Origin: the human T2T-CHM13v2.0 reference genome, Homo sapiens
DNA: 64,000 nt
Strand: one strand, 5' to 3'
NCBI RefSeq assembly: GCF_009914755.1
Contig: NC_060941.1
Below, piece by piece: positions 57,537-64,000 of this stretch (position 1 is its first letter; the number at the start of each line of letters is the position of its first letter). The translations under genes were made by a program, and so were the position numbers. The notes beneath the pieces are model-generated. The model made no database searches. It was not told where the DNA came from and worked only from the letters and a program-made list of their open reading frames with translations.

Positions 57537-58534
57537 GGTGGTGATGATGATGATGGGTCCAGGTCCATAGGGCAGTGGTTCCCAGTCAAGGCCGTGTTAT
57601 CAAGCCAGCCTCTGTCCCTCACCTGTGCTCTTGTACACACCCCCCCACCACCACCTTCAGGGCCTTAGCACTGCCTTTATATTCAGAGCCTGGGAGTCCT
57701 GGAAAGTTCAGAGCACACAAGGTTAAGGGTACACAAAAAGCCAGGTCATGGGTTATGGAAGATCACACAGATGTGTACACATCACCACCAGCCAGCCCCC
57801 AGGGCCCAGAACTGTTCTGGTCACCCCCTGGGCAAGTCCAGTTTTAGAAATTCTAGAATCTTCCAGATAAACGAAGTGGTAGAAAGAGCACTGGCCTTGG
57901 AGTCACAGGCTTGACCTTGAAGCCCTGCACCATCACTTCTGTCTGCTCAGCTTTGGAAAAGTGAGTCCATTTCCCATCTATACAAGGAGTAACAACATCT
58001 ATGCTTCTGAGGACTGAAAGGGTTAACAGAAGCCCACGCCTGGCACGCAACACCAGTTAAATCCACCAATTAGCTGACTCGGAAAGAAAGGCGCTAACAA
58101 CCTTGGCCAACTTTTCGGTATGGTGGTTACATTTGGCAGGGACTGCCCATCCTTTCATGCCCAAGAGAAGCTAAGTGGTATCCAGAAAATCCTGCCAAAA
58201 ACAAGTCTTGATTATTATTTTAGCTCCAGGAGTGAAGACTTTGGGGACTTGGCATGCCCTATTGTTTGAATTTATAGACATGGGCCCCTCCAATAACCAG
58301 CCAGAGGGAGGAAAAGGTTGCTATCACAATGGATTTTTTGGAGAGTTGTTTTTAGAATTTCCTACAACCCCTTGAGACCATCAGAAGTTCCAAACCAGGG
58401 CTGGGAATTAAGTTTGTTTCTGCAGTGTGATGAGGCTTCTGTCCACCTCACTAGGGTATAGGGGGTAGGAGCTGCTTTTTCTACACAAAATGAACCACAG
58501 ACCATGATGAGGACTTTGGTGGTGGTGCCACAAC

Positions 58535-58963
<429 letters not shown>

Positions 58964-59361
58964 TGAATTTTCAGGAGGGAGTGTGGATAGAGTGGATTGT
59001 TGTCCCCAGTTTTCCACACCCTCCTGGTAACAGAATCTAATATCCTGGCTCTTGGTGGGTGACTTAGCAGTGCCCCTCCCACCCAGAGGAGTTGTAATAC
59101 CTTTTCCGCCCCATGATGCTGGGCTTCGCCGTGTGATTTGCTTGGGCCAACGGGATGTCAACTGCTCTGATGCATCAGAGGCTTCATGTGTGCTTGTGAG
59201 CCTTAGTTTGGCCTCCTGTGCCTCTGTCATTGCTATGTGAAGAGCATGCCCAGGTGCATGAAGCCTGCAGTCAGCCTGGCTCAGCCCCACCCAGCCTGCT
59301 CAGCCCAATCGCAGCCAATCTGTCAACCACTAACATGAAATAAAATATGACTTAAGACTTC

Positions 59362-60182
59362 TGTACTGGTTTTCTATTGATACCATAACAAATTACCACA
59401 AACCTAGCCACTTAAAACAACACAAATCTATGATCCCAACAGCTCTGTGAGTCAGAAGTCCAGTTTGGCTCCAGGCTTCAGAAGGACAAAATCAAGGTGT
59501 CTGCTGGTTGGGCTTTTACTGGGAGGCTGTGGGAAGAATTTTCTTTCAAGCTCATTCAGATCATTGGCTAAATTCAGTTCTTTGTGGATGCAGAACTAAG
59601 ATTCTCATTTTTTTACTTGCTGATGGCTGGGAGCTGCTCTCAGCATCCAGAGGCCTCTCTCTCTGGTTCTGACATCTCAGAGGCAGCAATGGCACATTGA
59701 AGCCTTCTCATACTTGGAATCTCTCCTTTCTTCTGCTTTTCCATCTGCTATCAAGGGCTTGTTTGATTACACAGGGTCCACCTAGATAGCCCGAGTGTAT
59801 TGTCCATTCTCACGCTGCTATAAGAACATAACTGAGACTGAGTAATTTATAAAGGAAAGAGGTTTAATGGGCTCACAGTTCCACATGGCTGGGGAGGCCT
59901 CACAATCATGGCAGAAGGCGAAGGAGGAGCAAAGGTTTGTCTTACATGGTGGCGGGCAAGAGGGCATGTGCAGGGGAACTGTCCTTTATAAAACCATCAG
60001 ATCTCATGAGACTTACTCACTATCACGAGAACAGCATGGGAAAAACCCATCCCCATGATTCAATTACCCACTGCCAGGTCCCTCCCATGACATGTGGGGG
60101 TTATGTTAACCTTGCTCAGACATTAGTGTTTGACAAAAAGGATGGGAATGTTGGAAACATTTTTAGGGTTCTGTCTACCACA
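59362..60182 (-). mobile_element. MLT1E-like LTR, interrupted by THE1
   Basis: taacaaattaccacaaacctag..cttaaaacaacacaaa; other end ttagtgtttgac..tctaccaca. Confidence 0.7.
59796..60105 (-). mobile_element. THE1 (C-like) LTR, 5'-truncated
   Basis: ctcacagttccacatggctggggaggcctcacaatcatggcagaagg...aaaaccatcagatctcatgagacttactcactatc. Confidence 0.9.
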
Positions 60183-63100
60183 ACCTATAATGTAGGGTTC
60201 CTGGGACTGTTTGTTACACAGTGCTAGCACTACAGAAACCTGGCTCTCACGATGTCCAAGATAGCTCTCACTGAGAAGTAACGCCTCAGCAAGAGCCTTC
60301 TCCAAGCTTTCTTTTTCCTTCCTACTGGATTGAACCTACTTCAACCCAGCTTGAGCCATGTCTATGACAACAGTACCTAGGGGAAGGCAGGACAACAGTA
60401 CCTAGGGGAAGGCAGAACAACAGAGCAGAGCAAACTGTTCTCCCATGTCCATGAAGAGCAGAGAGGCCCCAGCAATCCAAACCACTCACCCCTCAAGTAT
60501 TGGGTAAGAGAGAAAGGCACTTTGTTATTTAAACCACTGCGTTATTGCTTAAACAATTGTATTATAGCAGCTTAGTCTTTTATCAATACTAATACAATAT
60601 CTAATACAAGAACTATACTACAAGGCAAATAAACCAATGGACACGAGCCACCTTGGGGGAAGCAGCAGCATGTTTTACCGGGTAAATCTCAAAAGGTTGC
60701 TTGCGAGGGGTGTATGGCCTTAACCTCTAAAGTTCACAAGTACAGTAGACACTCGTATATGAAACAATGTGCAGAGGATGGACAAACTGAGTGACTAAGA
60801 ATGAAAATAAATGATTCTTATTAAAGACATGCAAAACAAAGAAGAAGGGCAGGTCTAAGAGGGTCAAGAGGTAAGGTTAGGAGAGGTACCAGGAGAACCA
60901 AGAAGCCTTCACGGTAGGATCCGTATCACTGGCTGTGGCTGGACTAGATGGGGGATCAGCTTAGACTGAGGAGTTGTTAATCCATGAGGGAGAGGCTGGG
61001 AGGTAGAGAGTGACATCCGGCTGAGTCCTGTCTGTGCCTGTAGCCCCTCAGCACCTAACAACACCACACTGTAAGCGCCCAGGAAACAGCTGTAAATTGA
61101 CAACTCAGAAGAATGAATCTCTCTCCTCCACCTTCCCTAGACCAGGAGATGCCCCCGACTTCAATAGCAAAGCAGAGATGAACGACCTCACGATGACAAA
61201 CATACCAGAATGTCATGAGGTTGAGTTTCTGTTCATTCAATCAGCATTTGCAGGGCTGGGTGCAGTGTGGCCATAAAGGCGGATGAGCTATGACTCCTGT
61301 CGTTAAGAAGCTTGCCAACTTGGAGATGATACAAGATATGCAGGTAGGAAACTAGGATAAAAAGGAGAAACTGATGTGCACCCTGACAAAGTGTAGAGAA
61401 AGCGTTCCGAGAATTCCAAGGAGAAGGAATGCTTCCTGCTTGGGAGGGTGGGAGGGGCAGGAGAGGAGGCCGAAGGCATGAAGGCAACACCGAATGAAGG
61501 CTAAAGGCGTTTGAGCTGAACCTTGAAAAGGATCAAGGCTGGAGGCATCCTGGCAGCATGCCTGTGTGAGCAGGCTGGGGAGGAGGAGGGTGCTGGGTAT
61601 GGCTGAGATGAAGGCAGGTGTGGGGACTGAGTTAGGCTGGAGCCTGACCCGGTTCCATAGGTTTACACCACCACTGCTGTTCCCTCTTTCTACACTGAAG
61701 GGAAAACAATAGATGTTTAAGTGTTCAAAGGTGAGGACTGGGAGGCCCTCTCCATTGTTCCTTATTCTGAGAGCCTTAGAAGCCCTAGCTTTTGTGGCTG
61801 GAAGGGATGTTCAAGACAGTTGCCTCTACCTGAGGCTGGAGCCCCTCCTGCTCCAGCACCTATGGTTTCCTCCCCTGCAGCCCAGCAGCACAGTCCTGCA
61901 GCGGCAGGTGGGGCATCCCTCCCGTGGCCACAAACCCACCCACCCTCTGAAGCCCAGCCCAAGGGATGACTTCCTGTTCACACACACACCTGCACACTCT
62001 CTGGAGACCAACTGGAGGGAGGGAGAAGATGCTGAACCCGAGCAGCACCTTTTGCTGGGCGGGGAGCCCTCCCCGCCCCCTTTCCTATCAGTGTGTCCTC
62101 CAGTGTGCCCAGAACAGCCCCTTTCCTGTTCACCTCCCCTCCCACCCTTCCTTTCTAAGCAGGGAGAGAAGTGGCTGTGGGCTAGAAAAATGCCCCCAAA
62201 CCTTCCAGGACAAAACTTCTGGGGAACAGTGATTCCAATGGGAGGCCAGAGCTAGCAGCTCTGGAACTGGTAGCAGCGCTTAGGGAGCAGGATGGGGGGA
62301 AACTCACATTTCTAGAGAAGTGGAAGGCTGGGGAGGAGAGGCCAAAGCCGCCCTGAGCCAGGTACATCCACGTCCACACACTTCTCTCAAACTCTCTCGT
62401 CAAAATGAGACAAACAATTCTTCCAGAAACCCAGCCCAAGAGATGTTCATAGCAGATCCTACTGAAAAGTGGGGATGGTGGGGGCAGACACTAAATAATT
62501 GAAATTCTTGAGAGCTGTGTGGAGAGGCACGATATTCTTTGCTGCATGTAGAAAGGTTAATAAACACGGGTGACACAGGGCAGTGGCTGGGGACTCGCGG
62601 TGAGCAGAAACACTTCCCAGAAGGAAGCTCATGCCTGGGTTTATGCCCAGGGCTGGTGCGTCTCACAGGCTCAGCTCCTCCTGCTCCTGCCTTTGGTCTG
62701 CTAGTCCCAGAAGACACCTCTGAGGCACCCAGGGGCGGAGACAGACATGCAAGACTTTCTAAATCAGAAGGCTGGGCAATGTCCCGCCCAAACGCCCTCA
62801 CTGGGCCCACAGAAAGGATGGAATCCAGCCTCTCTTTATCTTTCCTTAAAAGGAAGAGGCAGAAGGAGAAGAGTGTCATGTCCTGAGCCTCTGGGCCAGC
62901 TTCCAGGGGTCTGGTCCCATGCTGGAACCATTCGAGATGGACCCTCCGGGGCTGGCTGTCTTGCCCTGCATGACCCTGCGTCCCCTCACAATGAAGGCTA
63001 CTGAGTGGGGACACCTGCAAGCAGCCCTCAGCATCACAGCACCCTGGTCAGTGTCCCAGACAAGCTTGGATGTGGACAGGTGTGCCCCCGCGTGCTCTCT

Positions 63101-63647
63101 GGTAGCTGGGAAAGCCAGCGTGGAGGTGAAGGAGGCCCTGCAGGGAGTGAAGATTACCTCAGGCACACTGCTGTCCACCCGGAGTCCACATTCAAGCAGC
63201 AGTCCAGGCACGGGCCCGCTTCTGCCCTGAGCCCCAAGCTGCCAGCACTTGGCAGCCAGAACCCAGGATGTCTCAGGATGCTGCCGGGTGCTCTGATCTC
63301 CCTAGCAAGTGCCTGGCGGCAGTGGTTCACCACCTAAACGCTGCATCCGGAATCTGACAGGGAAACAAGTGCTTGGGTGACACCCAAATGCAGCATCAAT
63401 ACAGACATGCTGACATTTCCATCTGCCCCTCGGTCCCCAGAGTCCCCATGTGCAAGAGAAGCCACAGGCAAAAAAAGTAGGTCACCCCATGCTGGTGGAA
63501 CAGGGCAGGTGCTTACCAGTTGCTCAGCTAACTGCTTCTGGGGCAGGGGGCATTGTAAGGATGCAGAGAATAAAGGAGGGGGCAATCCTCTGCCCGATTC
63601 CCCAACTAACCGGCAGCTGGCACGTGGCAGTATGCTTGGGTCTAGGC

Positions 63648-63803
63648 CAGCGGTTCTCAGCCCTGATTTTGGAAGGAGTTTTATTTGAGAAAAAAAAAAA
63701 AAAAAGATAAAACACAAATGTCTGAGCCCCACCTAAAACCAATTAATTCAAAATCTCTCAGAAAAAGAGACTGAAGCATCAATGATATTTAAAAGCTCTC
63801 CAG
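63648..63803. mobile_element. MER5-like MITE fragment
   Basis: cagcggttctcagcc..ccccacc..aatctct..tttaaaagctctccagg. Confidence 0.5.

Positions 63804-64000
<197 letters not shown>

Larger units (their letters stand above)
58982..60250 (+). mobile_element. Old MLT1 (H-like) LTR, interrupted at ~59361
   Basis: ccatgatgctgggc..gtgatttgcttgggccaa; 3' end ..tgtttgttacacag resumes after 60182. Confidence 0.55.

Noticed and set aside
62400-63020. 206-aa minus-strand ORF
   Set aside because: No recognisable family or exon support; expected by chance in GC-rich DNA.

Overview
Primate (human-like) non-coding genomic DNA. I can support no protein-coding exon, RNA gene or CRISPR-type feature. The long ORFs in the track come from a CA-rich low-complexity tract, Alus or LTR remnants. 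The window is a repeat-rich intergenic or intronic landscape: about 20 Alus, MIR/L2, an old L1 block holding a full-length MST MaLR provirus, solo LTRs (LTR16, MLT1/2, MER39, MER41A, MER21, THE1) and hAT MITEs. It has one CpG island (~9.05-9.9 kb) abutting a 1.45-kb CA-rich tract, and several short non-repeat islands rich in homeodomain/POU/GATA motifs that look like candidate enhancers. The most unusual signal is a set of local copy scars. Two inverted templated insertions (165 bp, 7 mismatches; 53 bp, 3 mismatches) were each copied from about 0.8-1 kb to the left into a transposon, and one donor is a G-quadruplex motif. There are also fold-back palindromes, two trimeric Alus and a triplicated Alu target site. 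Repeat family names come from recalled consensus sequences, not a database search, and boundaries of old repeats are approximate. I cannot name the locus.
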